Shown here in pieces: positions 37,176-47,015 of a stretch of 64,000 nt of DNA (positions are counted from its first letter, which is position 1; each line of letters begins with the position of its first letter). This stretch comes from Clostridiales bacterium. GTDB lineage: Bacteria; Bacillota; Clostridia; Christensenellales; UBA3700. The stretch lies in the NCBI GenBank assembly GCA_014799575.1, contig JAAVHS010000027.1, forward strand, positions 24,539 to 88,538, given 5' to 3'. Position numbers and translations under genes: made by a program. Under the pieces are notes generated by a model. That model did no database searches, was not told the DNA's origin, and was given only the letters and a program-made list of their open reading frames with translations.

Positions 37176-40100
37176 ATGGATATACGGAAAAGGAAATTAA
37201 AGGGGGTTGCGCTGACGGTATTGATTATTGTGTGCTTAGTTATGGCAAGCGCAATGACCTTCTTTGCGATAGACAATACCGCAAATGCTTTTCAAAATAA
37301 CGACTATACGGCGTTGACAGCGAATGATAACAAGACGACCGAGATGTTGCTCGATGGCTATGAGAAAGACACTACCGGCAGAGGCAAGGTATTCAACGGC
37401 GAGATATTTTGGAAACTCATTGAAAAGGTAAGCGGTGGAGCGGTTAAAAATAAAACGCAGTTGGATAGTTGGAGTATACAGGAAGGACAAGAAAAGACTT
37501 CGGCAGATTTCCGTACTTACAACGGCGCTGACGTAGTGGTAATAATAGACGGAATACCGTGGACGGCGACGTATCTATCGCAAAACGAGGATGGCGACCC
37601 GATATTGACCTTGTGGCAAGCTGACGCAATGTCAATCAATTATTACGACGTAAGTACCAACAGTATGGCAAAAGGGGTAAACGTAGCATTTAATCCCACC
37701 AACAGTGTAGATAGCATAGCAGATTATCCAGCCAATTCTTACGGCACAAGCGCAATGGCGACAGCGGTCTTAAACAACGGCGGAGCGTTTGCGAGAAGCA
37801 ATACTGACGCTTCGGAAATCATTCAGCAGCAAGCGGGCAGTACTTACGCAAAATTCACAATGCCCGGCGCAACAGGTAGTTTGACGTCGTTTATAGACGT
37901 GCCGAGCAACGTACCTTATCAAAAAGATAGTACCAAAGAGAGCTCAAAGACGCAATCATATCATTCGACTTATAAATATGACACAAATAATGAATGTTTG
38001 GGAGAGCCGATAGCGGGTAATATGTATTATAGAAGTGCCTCGAACAAAACAGCCTATACGTATTATGGTCATGGGACTGTAAACCAAACTGGCTATTTAG
38101 CATGGGGAGACGATAGGCTATGGTTGCCGAGTTTTGCGGAAGTAGGACATGGTGTGGACAGTGGCGCAACAAGCGGACTGTGGAAAACGACTGTCAAACA
38201 AAGGACGATATCAGAAAACATATCAGGGACTTTGGTAGGCTATTGTTGGTTGCGTTCGACTAATTCTAGTAATTATAGCTATTCATACGCTCTAGGCAAG
38301 GACGGCAGTTTTATGGATGCAAATAATGTCACTACAGCCTTCAGTGTTCGTCCCGCGTTTCATCTTAATTTAAAGTCGGCGGCAGACAGAGCAGGCTCTC
38401 TGGGACTAGCAGAACCTACTGACATAAATGACGTAGAATACAACGGCGAAGAGTGGAATTCTTTGAAAAATATATCGGATGGGAAAAAGACTTGGTACGA
38501 TTCTTCTAAAATGACTGTTACCTTTCCTGCAGGAGTGAAAGACGTCGGCACCTATCAAGTAAAGGTTACAATTACCACTGAAGATGACGTTTTTTTAGGT
38601 AACCCCGACCCGAGCAAAGGTAACGGCGACGAAAGCGATAAAGTACGCTATTTCAATTTTACAATTACAAAGAAGAGAATAGGCGTAACCGTCGCTTTGG
38701 ACACAAGCGAGTTGCCCGTCGTATCGCTTGCAAATTCGAGCGACGTATATACGGGCGATACGGTGGCAAACGGGCGAGCGCCAAATCTAGGCTTTTTGTA
38801 TTCGGGCGGGAAATTAAGCGAGCCGACGACTGAATTGCCGACGGCAGTCGATACTTATACGGCTACCGCGACAATACTCAATGCAAATACGTGCAAGAAC
38901 TATGAAATCATAGCGTCTTCGTCCAACTCCATTACTTTTTCAGTAAAAAAGGCGAACGTGACGTCGCCCGCAATATCGGGACAGTATAGCAAAGGATATG
39001 CAGGCGATTTTATTGAGTTCACGCTGACGGGCGGGAATAATTCGGCTATAAGTTTTGAATTGCCCGAAGGTATGTCGTGGAAAGACAACGACCGCAATAC
39101 CAATACGCTGATAGCCAAGAACGCCAAAAAGTATACGGTAATTGCAACTCTTGCGGACAACGGCGTATCGACGCAGTGGGCGGACGGAAGTACAGACCCT
39201 GTTCCGCTTGAATATGAGATAACCAAGAAACCGCTGTCAATCACGATAACGAGTTCGGCAGGATGGGAGTGGAACGTAGGAGAAACTCCGACAATTACTA
39301 TCGACGAAGATTCTTTCGCCGATGACAGCACTGATTTGTATATCTATTATATAGACAGTAAAAATCCGTCTGTAAAGCACGACGGCATCAACAACAATAA
39401 AGTAATCAACGGCAATACGAGAACTATAACGATGCCGGGCGACATACCGCAAGGCAGTTATACTATAGGCGTAGAGTTGTACGGTAGCAACAACGACAAC
39501 GACAACTATTCGTTGGACGTACCCAAGACGGCGATGTTTACTATCAAGGGTAGCGCGGTCACGATAGACGCGTCCAAGATAGTGTGGCTGTACAATACTA
39601 CCGTCATTGACGATACGAACAACGTCAAGTTGGTTTACACCGGCAATGCATACCAGTTCAGCGTAGACGCAAGCGTATTGAGAGATAACGGCGCAAAGGT
39701 TGATATAACGAAGGGCGTAAACGGATATAGCGGAGACGTCAACGTGACCAATGCAAAGAGTACGTATTCGGTCACCGTATACGTCACCAATTACGACAAT
39801 ACTTACGAATCCCATAATTCGCAGTATACTTTGAATTATTCAATAGACAAGGCGAAGTATGATTTGTCGGGATTGAGTTGGCCGACGTCCAATACGACGG
39901 AGTACAACCGCAACGCGCAGTCTATGGAACTTATAGGCAGTATGGCGCAAGGCTTGACGGTGACGTATAGCGGCAACGGCAAGGTAAACGTAGGCGGATA
40001 TAAGACGACGGCGACGTTCAGAGTGAGCGATACGGACAACTATTACGTGCCGACAAACGGCGCGCCCGACACTTATGACGGAGACTTTGAATTTACCTTT

Positions 40101-43100
40101 GATTGGAGTATTACTCAAGCGACGTTGGACGCAAGCGGAAAGTGGAAGGATGACAACGGCAACAGCGACGTATATACGTTGCCTACGCTGAGAAGTATAG
40201 GCGATTTGGACTTGGATTCGATGGTCAACTATACGTATTATGACGAAGAGGGCAATATAGTGACGTCGTTGCCTTCGCAGACGACTTCAGAGATGCAATT
40301 CAGAGTAGTTGCTACGCTCAAAGACAACTACGCTGTCAATTATAAGTTCAAAGAGGGTACGAATGAATATACCTTCTATATAGGCAAGGACAAGTATCCA
40401 GTAACGTTGATATTGAAGTGGGAGGGAATGAATATAGACGACGCGCATTTGCCATATACGGGCAATGCGATTACGCCGACGATAGATATTACTCAAGGCA
40501 ACGTGACGGCAAGCAACGTCCAAATCATCTATTACAAAGATTCGTCGTCGACTCCGCTTGAGGGGAATCCGACTGTAGTCGGACGTTATAGAGTCGCGGT
40601 ATCGCTTGATTACGAAAGCAGCGATTTGTATTATTTGACGAGCGACAGTTTGGAATTTGAATTTGAGATAATCAAAGCGGACTTTGATATCAGTTCGCTC
40701 GTATGGACGTATACTCATACCGATAAGGACGGCAACGTCGTGAACGCAACGTATGACGCCGCGCAAGGCAAATGGCTTGACGCGGAAGGTCACGAGATAT
40801 CGCCAATGACCTACGATACAACGGCGCATACTTTAACGCTTGAGGGCAAGGACGATATAAACGGACTTACCGTTGCCCTTAGCGGAAACGAGCAGACCGA
40901 TGCGGGTAGTCACAACGCGCAATTGACGTTTACTTACGATACGGAAAATTATAATGCGCCTAATTTTGATACGTCGCTTTCGTGGAGCATAGCGAAAGCA
41001 AGGATTGACGCGTCTAATATAGTATGGGGATATACGGTAGGCGTAAGCCAAGAAGAGATAGCGTATACCGAGAATCTACCGTACACGAGAATAGAGGGCG
41101 GAGAAGTTAAGTACACCGTCAAACTTATCAACGTACCCGAAGAATTGAAAGCGTTTATCAAGTACACGGGTACGGTCGACGGAACGACGGAAGTGGGCAG
41201 TTATTCCACTACTTATCGCATTGACAACTTCGACGTCAACAATTATGAAAGTTTGGTAATGCCAAGCGGTTTGCTCAACACGCTTTATTGGGAAGTCGAG
41301 CCGAAGAAGTTGGACAAACCTGTCTTTGACAACAGTTGGAGCGCATTCGACGGCAACGTCCACGACTTCGTCGAGATGTTCGGCGTTACCGAAGGCGATT
41401 GGAAGCAGTATATCAAAATAACTATATCCAAAGACGGCGTATCCTACGCGGGAGTGAGCGGAGTTGATTACGACCATTTGACGGACAAAGAGTATAAGGC
41501 AATCAAGGCGGGAGATTACGTAATAAGTTTTGACCTTATAGAGCCGACTTCCAATTCGGGAAAGGAAAACGTAAAGTGGCTTGAGTGGCCCGACTACGAA
41601 TACACGATACAAATCAAGAAATACGAGATAGAAGTCAATGAGTGGCAAGGAAGCAATACCAACGCCGAAGTTGAACTCGAGAATTGGGTAAAACCTTTCG
41701 TAGAGTACAAGTATAAAGACAGCGAAGGCAAGGAAGTCACTATCGGGACTATGCAACCCGGCGTTGCGTACTTAAAAGAGTTGTGCGCTAAGGCGGGATA
41801 CGTAGACGACATATTGATATACGGCAAGAATACTATTTCGGTAGTTCGACCGGGCTCGGGACCGATTAAGTTGTCCAAGCCTACGTTTGACGAAGAAAAG
41901 ACGGTGACTTACGACGGCAACGCGCACACGGTCGAAGAGTTCTTGAAAAAGCCTGCGGACAAGGGCGTGGTATTTAGCGTAAGCGAAATGATAAACGCAG
42001 GCGAGTATATAGTGTCTATCAGCCTTGACGGGGACACTTACGTTTGGGAAGACGGAAGTAATGAAAGTTATACCTATACCGTCAAGATAGCAAAGGCGAC
42101 TGTTTCGCAAAATACGTTGGTATGGAATACCGACGCCAACGGCTTGCCTACGCTTACGGTCAGAGGACACAGCGACATAGAGTTTACGTACGCCTATTAT
42201 GACGCCGATGGATTTGAACTCACTTTGGCGGAAATAAAAGACGGAATGGAGTACGCAAAGGTAGTCGCGAAAATTGTGGGCGGCAATTACGATATTATAG
42301 ACGTAAACAAAGACGTAGTAGAAGAAATTACGTACGACCCAACCTTGCAAGGCGGCAAAGACCCTAATGAAGACGACGGCAAGAAGGATGGATTGGTAGA
42401 CTTCGGCAAGGTCGGCGAAGTGCTCAAAGAATTCTGGCAAGTCATCGTCAGCGTCGTAAGCATAGTATTTATTATCATATTCGTGGCAAAAGGCATAGGC
42501 TACGCTAATCAGAAAAAGCAAGCCAAGAAGACTGCCAAGGACAAGTATACTACTCAGTATTACGCGGGAGCAACGGGATTGTTCGGCTTGGCAATGACGA
42601 GTTGGACTGTTATTGCTTGCGTACTTATGGGAGCGGCGGTATTGTCGTTGATATTCATGCTATTGGAAAAGAGCGGATACAAGAAGGCGGAAAGAGAACT
42701 CGAGACCGCCAAGGAAGAATACGCCGCCAACAAAGCCGAGATTGAGAATAAGCAACGCAACGACCAAATGCAAATGATGTTGATGGGCGCGCTTGGCGGC
42801 AACAACGGACAGGGCGGATATATTCAGCAAGGCGTAAGCGCGGACGAGATGCGCTATATGATAAACGACGCTATGACGAATATGCTCCCGCAACCGACTG
42901 CCAACAACAATGACGAGATGTTCAGAGAACTCAAAGATAGTATTAGAGACATGCAGTTGCAGATGAACGCACAAACGCAAAGTGAACAGACAAATCGCAA
43001 TGACGAACTTGTTCAAAAACTCATGGAGCAGAATGCGCAAAACGAAGAGCGTATGCGTCAAATGAACGCGCAGAATGAGGAGAGAATTCGTCAACTTGCC

Positions 43101-44039
43101 GAACAGAACGAAAAGACAATGGAAAAGTTGATGGACAAGTTTGCCGAGCAATCCAAAGAGAATTCCGTCGAAGACAAAATCGAGAAGATGTTCGAGAAAT
43201 TCGCTAAGCAACAAGCCGTGGAACGTCAAGCGGAAAGAGAAGTCGCGGCAGCAAACGTGAACGACGAAGTGATCGAAAAATTGGTAAGCAAGTTGCAACC
43301 TGCTACAAACAACGATACAATTCTCAAAGTCGTCGAAAAGACGGAACGCAACGACGAGTTAATCAAGCAACTTCTTAAAAATCAAGAGATGTTGATGGAG
43401 AAGATAATCGAGTTGTCGAATAGAAAACCCGAAGAGAAGATTGTCGAAAAGGAAGTGCGAGTGGAAGTTCCAGTCGAGAAAATCGTCGAGAAAGAGGTCG
43501 TCAAAGAGGTCAAAGTCGAAGTGCCCGTCATCAAGGAAGTGCCGATTGAGGTCGAGAAAGTCGTCGAGAAGATCGTCGAAAAGGAAGTTCCCGTATCTAT
43601 GCCGATAGAGAAACCCGCAAAGGCTACGAAAGTGCCCGCGCCGAGACTTACGCTCGACGAAGCGTACGCGAAACTATCTAGCAATCAAAAGAAGATTTTC
43701 GACACGCTTAGAGCCTACGCGCTTACCAAAGACAAGTGCAAAGAGAAGAAGTCGAATTACTTCATAGTGCTCGGACAGTCTACCGTCAATCCGCTTGTGA
43801 AACTCACAATAAAGAAAAACAAGACCGTTGCGCTCTTCAAAATGGAAGACGAGTATATGAAAGATATTCGCAAAAACGCGACGAGCGACGGCACGAAAGT
43901 GAAAGTCAAGGAGACAGAACTCATAGTCGGCGACAACCAAGCGTTGGCTACCGCAAAGGAGATGATTGATTTGCGCGAAGACCAAATAGAACGCTATGGG
44001 GAATATTTGAAAGAGCAACGCTCTTTCAAGAAGAAGTAA
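37176..44039 (+). CDS. giant (2287 aa) modular surface protein with internal TM pair and C-terminal coiled-coil/PEVK-like/unknown domain
   Basis: GAGGTG RBS. N-terminal signal/anchor (VALTVLIIVCLVMASAMTFFAIDNTANA). The N-terminal domain motif CWLRSTNSSNYSYSYALGKDGSF...FSVRPAFHLNL resembles DUF6273. Many Ig-like modules start I(T/D/I)KA.. and contain Y(D/T/N)G(N/T)A motifs (MBG-like). Hydrophobic segments lie at about nt 42430-42510 and 42565-42665. There is no LPXTG. Confidence 0.7.
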   Translation: MDIRKRKLKGVALTVLIIVCLVMASAMTFFAIDNTANAFQNNDYTALTANDNKTTEMLLDGYEKDTTGRGKVFNGEIFWKLIEKVSGGAVKNKTQLDSWSIQEGQEKTSADFRTYNGADVVVIIDGIPWTATYLSQNEDGDPILTLWQADAMSINYYDVSTNSMAKGVNVAFNPTNSVDSIADYPANSYGTSAMATAVLNNGGAFARSNTDASEIIQQQAGSTYAKFTMPGATGSLTSFIDVPSNVPYQKDSTKESSKTQSYHSTYKYDTNNECLGEPIAGNMYYRSASNKTAYTYYGHGTVNQTGYLAWGDDRLWLPSFAEVGHGVDSGATSGLWKTTVKQRTISENISGTLVGYCWLRSTNSSNYSYSYALGKDGSFMDANNVTTAFSVRPAFHLNLKSAADRAGSLGLAEPTDINDVEYNGEEWNSLKNISDGKKTWYDSSKMTVTFPAGVKDVGTYQVKVTITTEDDVFLGNPDPSKGNGDESDKVRYFNFTITKKRIGVTVALDTSELPVVSLANSSDVYTGDTVANGRAPNLGFLYSGGKLSEPTTELPTAVDTYTATATILNANTCKNYEIIASSSNSITFSVKKANVTSPAISGQYSKGYAGDFIEFTLTGGNNSAISFELPEGMSWKDNDRNTNTLIAKNAKKYTVIATLADNGVSTQWADGSTDPVPLEYEITKKPLSITITSSAGWEWNVGETPTITIDEDSFADDSTDLYIYYIDSKNPSVKHDGINNNKVINGNTRTITMPGDIPQGSYTIGVELYGSNNDNDNYSLDVPKTAMFTIKGSAVTIDASKIVWLYNTTVIDDTNNVKLVYTGNAYQFSVDASVLRDNGAKVDITKGVNGYSGDVNVTNAKSTYSVTVYVTNYDNTYESHNSQYTLNYSIDKAKYDLSGLSWPTSNTTEYNRNAQSMELIGSMAQGLTVTYSGNGKVNVGGYKTTATFRVSDTDNYYVPTNGAPDTYDGDFEFTFDWSITQATLDASGKWKDDNGNSDVYTLPTLRSIGDLDLDSMVNYTYYDEEGNIVTSLPSQTTSEMQFRVVATLKDNYAVNYKFKEGTNEYTFYIGKDKYPVTLILKWEGMNIDDAHLPYTGNAITPTIDITQGNVTASNVQIIYYKDSSSTPLEGNPTVVGRYRVAVSLDYESSDLYYLTSDSLEFEFEIIKADFDISSLVWTYTHTDKDGNVVNATYDAAQGKWLDAEGHEISPMTYDTTAHTLTLEGKDDINGLTVALSGNEQTDAGSHNAQLTFTYDTENYNAPNFDTSLSWSIAKARIDASNIVWGYTVGVSQEEIAYTENLPYTRIEGGEVKYTVKLINVPEELKAFIKYTGTVDGTTEVGSYSTTYRIDNFDVNNYESLVMPSGLLNTLYWEVEPKKLDKPVFDNSWSAFDGNVHDFVEMFGVTEGDWKQYIKITISKDGVSYAGVSGVDYDHLTDKEYKAIKAGDYVISFDLIEPTSNSGKENVKWLEWPDYEYTIQIKKYEIEVNEWQGSNTNAEVELENWVKPFVEYKYKDSEGKEVTIGTMQPGVAYLKELCAKAGYVDDILIYGKNTISVVRPGSGPIKLSKPTFDEEKTVTYDGNAHTVEEFLKKPADKGVVFSVSEMINAGEYIVSISLDGDTYVWEDGSNESYTYTVKIAKATVSQNTLVWNTDANGLPTLTVRGHSDIEFTYAYYDADGFELTLAEIKDGMEYAKVVAKIVGGNYDIIDVNKDVVEEITYDPTLQGGKDPNEDDGKKDGLVDFGKVGEVLKEFWQVIVSVVSIVFIIIFVAKGIGYANQKKQAKKTAKDKYTTQYYAGATGLFGLAMTSWTVIACVLMGAAVLSLIFMLLEKSGYKKAERELETAKEEYAANKAEIENKQRNDQMQMMLMGALGGNNGQGGYIQQGVSADEMRYMINDAMTNMLPQPTANNNDEMFRELKDSIRDMQLQMNAQTQSEQTNRNDELVQKLMEQNAQNEERMRQMNAQNEERIRQLAEQNEKTMEKLMDKFAEQSKENSVEDKIEKMFEKFAKQQAVERQAEREVAAANVNDEVIEKLVSKLQPATNNDTILKVVEKTERNDELIKQLLKNQEMLMEKIIELSNRKPEEKIVEKEVRVEVPVEKIVEKEVVKEVKVEVPVIKEVPIEVEKVVEKIVEKEVPVSMPIEKPAKATKVPAPRLTLDEAYAKLSSNQKKIFDTLRAYALTKDKCKEKKSNYFIVLGQSTVNPLVKLTIKKNKTVALFKMEDEYMKDIRKNATSDGTKVKVKETELIVGDNQALATAKEMIDLREDQIERYGEYLKEQRSFKKK

Positions 44040-44338
44040 GAGACAGACCGCATATAGCGGCGCGCCTTCCGCTTGATCTTCGGGACGACACTCGGGGTCA
44101 CGTACAAAAAGTACGCTCACCACTCGGTCGCCCTAGATAAAACGAAATTCACACCACTCTCTGCGGTCTTATGTAGCTTTTGTTCAAAAGGTTAGTTCCA
44201 ATAGAATAACAAAAGTCCAAATACTCTTACACCGCCCAAACCCTCAAACAAATAGAATAAAAGCAAGCAAAACGCTTGCTCTTTTCTATACCTTTTTGCT
44301 AAAATAGTAAAGGAAAATTAAAGTTTGGAGGCTTTTTT

Positions 44339-45592
44339 ATGGAAAAGTTAGTAGGCGCATGTATGTTCGGACAGTCCGGCGGACCGTCGTCAGTTATCAA
44401 TTCAAGCGCTGCAGGTGTATTTACCGAAGCATTAAAGCAAGATTGCATCACGGCTGTTTACGGAGCCGCTCACGGTATCAAAGGCGTTCTCAACGAAGAA
44501 TTCTACGATATCAGCAAAGAGGATTTGAGCGAACTTATGTTGCTTAAAAACACTCCTTCTTCCGCTTTGGGTAGCGTAAGATATAAGTTGAAAGCAGAAA
44601 ACGTAGACGATACCGATTACAAGAGACTTTTGGAAGTATTCAAAAAGTACAATATCCGTTATTTCTTCTACAACGGCGGTAACGACTCTATGGACACTTG
44701 CAACAAAGTCAGCAAGTATATGAAGAAGTCGGGTTGGGAATGCCGCGTAATCGGCGTACCTAAGACTATCGACAACGATTTGTTCGGTACAGACCACTGT
44801 CCGGGTTACGGCTCTGCCGCTAAATACGTCGCTACGACGACTATGGAATTGAAGTTGGACGCTACCGTATACGACACCCCGATGATTACCGTGGTTGAGG
44901 CTATGGGTCGTCACGCAGGTTGGTTGACCGCAGCTTCGGCTTTGGCTTGCGCAAAGGGGCTCGGTCCGGATTTGATTTATCTTCCCGAAGTTCCGTTCTC
45001 GACGGACAAGTTCCTCGCTGACGTAGACAAGAAGATGAAAGCCAACAACGGCAAGTGTATGGTTGTCATTTCCGAAGGTATCTCCGACGAAAACGGCACT
45101 CTTATCGCTGAAAAGATAAACGAGAACGTAGCAAAAGACTCTTTCGGTCACGCGCAACTCGGCGGCGTTGGCACGGCTCTTGCAAATCTTTGCAAAGAGA
45201 AGTTCGGATGCAAGACGAGAGCAATCGAGTTCTCGCTCATGCAAAGATGCGGCGCGCACCTTGCTTCTAAGACGGACGTTGAAGAGGCTTTCAAGGCAGG
45301 CGCGGCTGCAGTTAAGTACGCTGTAAACGGTTCTACCGACAAGATGGTAATTCTCAAGAGAGACGACAAGAACGGCAAGTATAAGTGCAAAGTCGGCACT
45401 ATGAACGTAGCAAAGGCCGCTAACACCGAAAAGAAAGTTCCGCTCGAGTGGATTATCAACGACGGCACGATGCTTTCGCAAGACTTTATCGATTACGCTT
45501 TGCCGCTCATCCAAGGCGACAGCAAAGCTCCGCTTGAAGACGGTTTGCCAAGATTTGCGAAACTCAAAAAGGTATTCGTAAACAAGAAGTAA
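44339..45592 (+). CDS. pfp: pyrophosphate-dependent 6-phosphofructokinase (probable)
   Basis: PFK motifs are SGGPSSVINSS, GGNDSMDT, PKTIDNDL and MGRHAGWL. Asp follows GG(N/D) and Lys sits in PKTIDND at the positions that are Gly/Gly in ATP-dependent PFKs. Confidence 0.8.
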   Translation: MEKLVGACMFGQSGGPSSVINSSAAGVFTEALKQDCITAVYGAAHGIKGVLNEEFYDISKEDLSELMLLKNTPSSALGSVRYKLKAENVDDTDYKRLLEVFKKYNIRYFFYNGGNDSMDTCNKVSKYMKKSGWECRVIGVPKTIDNDLFGTDHCPGYGSAAKYVATTTMELKLDATVYDTPMITVVEAMGRHAGWLTAASALACAKGLGPDLIYLPEVPFSTDKFLADVDKKMKANNGKCMVVISEGISDENGTLIAEKINENVAKDSFGHAQLGGVGTALANLCKEKFGCKTRAIEFSLMQRCGAHLASKTDVEEAFKAGAAAVKYAVNGSTDKMVILKRDDKNGKYKCKVGTMNVAKAANTEKKVPLEWIINDGTMLSQDFIDYALPLIQGDSKAPLEDGLPRFAKLKKVFVNKK

Positions 45593-45612
45593 TCTTCAAA
45601 ATTACGCAATTA

Positions 45613-45643
45613 AGGTCGGGACTTTCGCCCCGACCTATTTTTT
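45613..45643 (+). terminator. rho-independent terminator after pfp
   Basis: AGGTCGGG-actttcg-CCCGACCT followed by a T-run. Confidence 0.7.
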
Positions 45644-45777
45644 GGCTTTTGATTGATTGAAGGATAAATTATGGCTTTTTACTTTTGTACTTAATTTCTT
45701 CTTTTGTATTACACTACATTGTATGCCGACTGTATAAAGATAGTAACCGCAAAATTCAAATATTTAACAATTTTTTC

Positions 45778-46521
45778 TCACAAAGAGACGTCGTTTATCG
45801 CCGAGGCGATTACGTCCGCGCTGTTGCGTACGAGAGTGTCTACGTCGCGCGGCGTGAGCATATATCTTGCGTATTCACCGCTGTTATTTCCCATAATGCT
45901 ACCCACGGAAATTATCAAGGGCACGCCTATCGCTACGACGGGCACGGATAGAGTAGACCTATTTAGACAAGGCTGAGGATTGTCCACGCCGCCGCCGGGG
46001 CAAATGCCTGCGGTCGTCAGTTGGTAGCAGTTGCCAAGTCTATGCAAAAGGCTCGTCGCAAGAGTGTCAATCGCAATCACCAAAGACGGGTTGTGGTGGT
46101 CTACAATCGCCTTGACGATGTCAAAGGACTTTATACCCGTAATATCCGCCACTTTGGGAGCGATTGCGCTCAAAGAAAAAGCCTTTCCGCCCGTACGAAT
46201 TCTCTTGACGACTTCGTTGCCGAGCGCGTCGACGACTACGTTTTCGTTGCCAAGACCGACGACGAGTATTTTGCCTTCGGTGACTCCGCACTCGCGAATT
46301 AGTTTTTTGATAGAGTTTTGCAATACGTCGCCGAGCGTCGTCGGGGTAGTATGCGAATTGGGCGTGAGAGTGAGATAGAGCCCTTCTTTCTTTCCGCATT
46401 GACGGGACAGAACCTTGTCTACCTTCGTTTCTCGCACGTCTATGCCTTTTTGTCTGTAAGAGTGGCAAGGGATAGAAATCTCTTCGCCCGCTTCGATTAG
46501 TAAGTCGCTAAAATTACTCAT
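45778..46521 (-). CDS. gpr: GPR (germination protease) family endopeptidase, short form
   Basis: VVGLGNENVVVDALGNEVV, LVIAIDTLATS, GICPGGGVDN and LSVPVVAIGVPLII match GPR blocks, including both catalytic-Asp contexts. It is divergent from rpsT as in Bacillus. At 247 aa it is shorter than the classical ~370 aa. Confidence 0.65.
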   Translation of the reverse strand: MSNFSDLLIEAGEEISIPCHSYRQKGIDVRETKVDKVLSRQCGKKEGLYLTLTPNSHTTPTTLGDVLQNSIKKLIRECGVTEGKILVVGLGNENVVVDALGNEVVKRIRTGGKAFSLSAIAPKVADITGIKSFDIVKAIVDHHNPSLVIAIDTLATSLLHRLGNCYQLTTAGICPGGGVDNPQPCLNRSTLSVPVVAIGVPLIISVGSIMGNNSGEYARYMLTPRDVDTLVRNSADVIASAINDVSL

Positions 46522-46679
46522 AATGCTATTATTGTCGCCATTTTGAGGGAAAATATTGCGTGAAAATAGCGGAAATATTTATAAAAGACGAAAATATGTG
46601 TTAAATTTTGTTGCGTTAATAAAATTGTTATGCTAAAATGATTTAGTAAAAAATACTAAAATAAACACGGAGGGAGAGT

Positions 46680-46949
46680 ATGCCAAACATCAAGTCCCAG
46701 AAAAAAAGAGTTATTATAGCGCAGAAAGAGAACGAAATCAATACCGCTAAGCGTAGCAGAGTTCGTAACGCTGTTAAGAAATACGAGGCTGCAATCGCCG
46801 CTAAGGACGTTGCTACTGCCGAGAAACTTTTAGTTGAGACCATTTCTTTGATTGACAGAGCAAAGAGCGACGGTATCTATCACGCTAACACGGCAAGCAG
46901 AAAGATTTCAAGACTTTCCAAGCAACTTGACGCATTGAAGAACGCGTAA
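46680..46949 (+). CDS. rpsT: 30S ribosomal protein S20
   Basis: MPNIKSQKKRVIIAQKENEINTAKRSRVRNAVKK... GGAGGGAG RBS. Confidence 0.95.
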   Translation: MPNIKSQKKRVIIAQKENEINTAKRSRVRNAVKKYEAAIAAKDVATAEKLLVETISLIDRAKSDGIYHANTASRKISRLSKQLDALKNA

Positions 46950-46967
46950 TTGATTTTCAAACAGTAT

Positions 46968-47005
46968 AAAAAGACGCCGTCTTAATCGACGGCGTTTTTA
47001 TTTTT
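46968..47005. terminator. bidirectional terminator (rpsT / rlmH)
   Basis: ACGCCGTC-ttaatc-GACGGCGT, flanked by an A-run and a T-run. Confidence 0.7.
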
Positions 47006-47015
47006 GTCTTACGTT

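Noticed and set aside
43674-44123. 149-aa minus-strand ORF covering the GC-rich intergenic patch.
   Set aside because: Most of it is antisense to the 3' end of the giant gene, and it has no RBS or motifs. The patch is treated as non-coding.
45685-45976. Two plus-strand ORFs (88 and 90 aa) opposite the 3' end of gpr.
   Set aside because: They overlap the gpr coding region and the pfp terminator region, and have no motifs.
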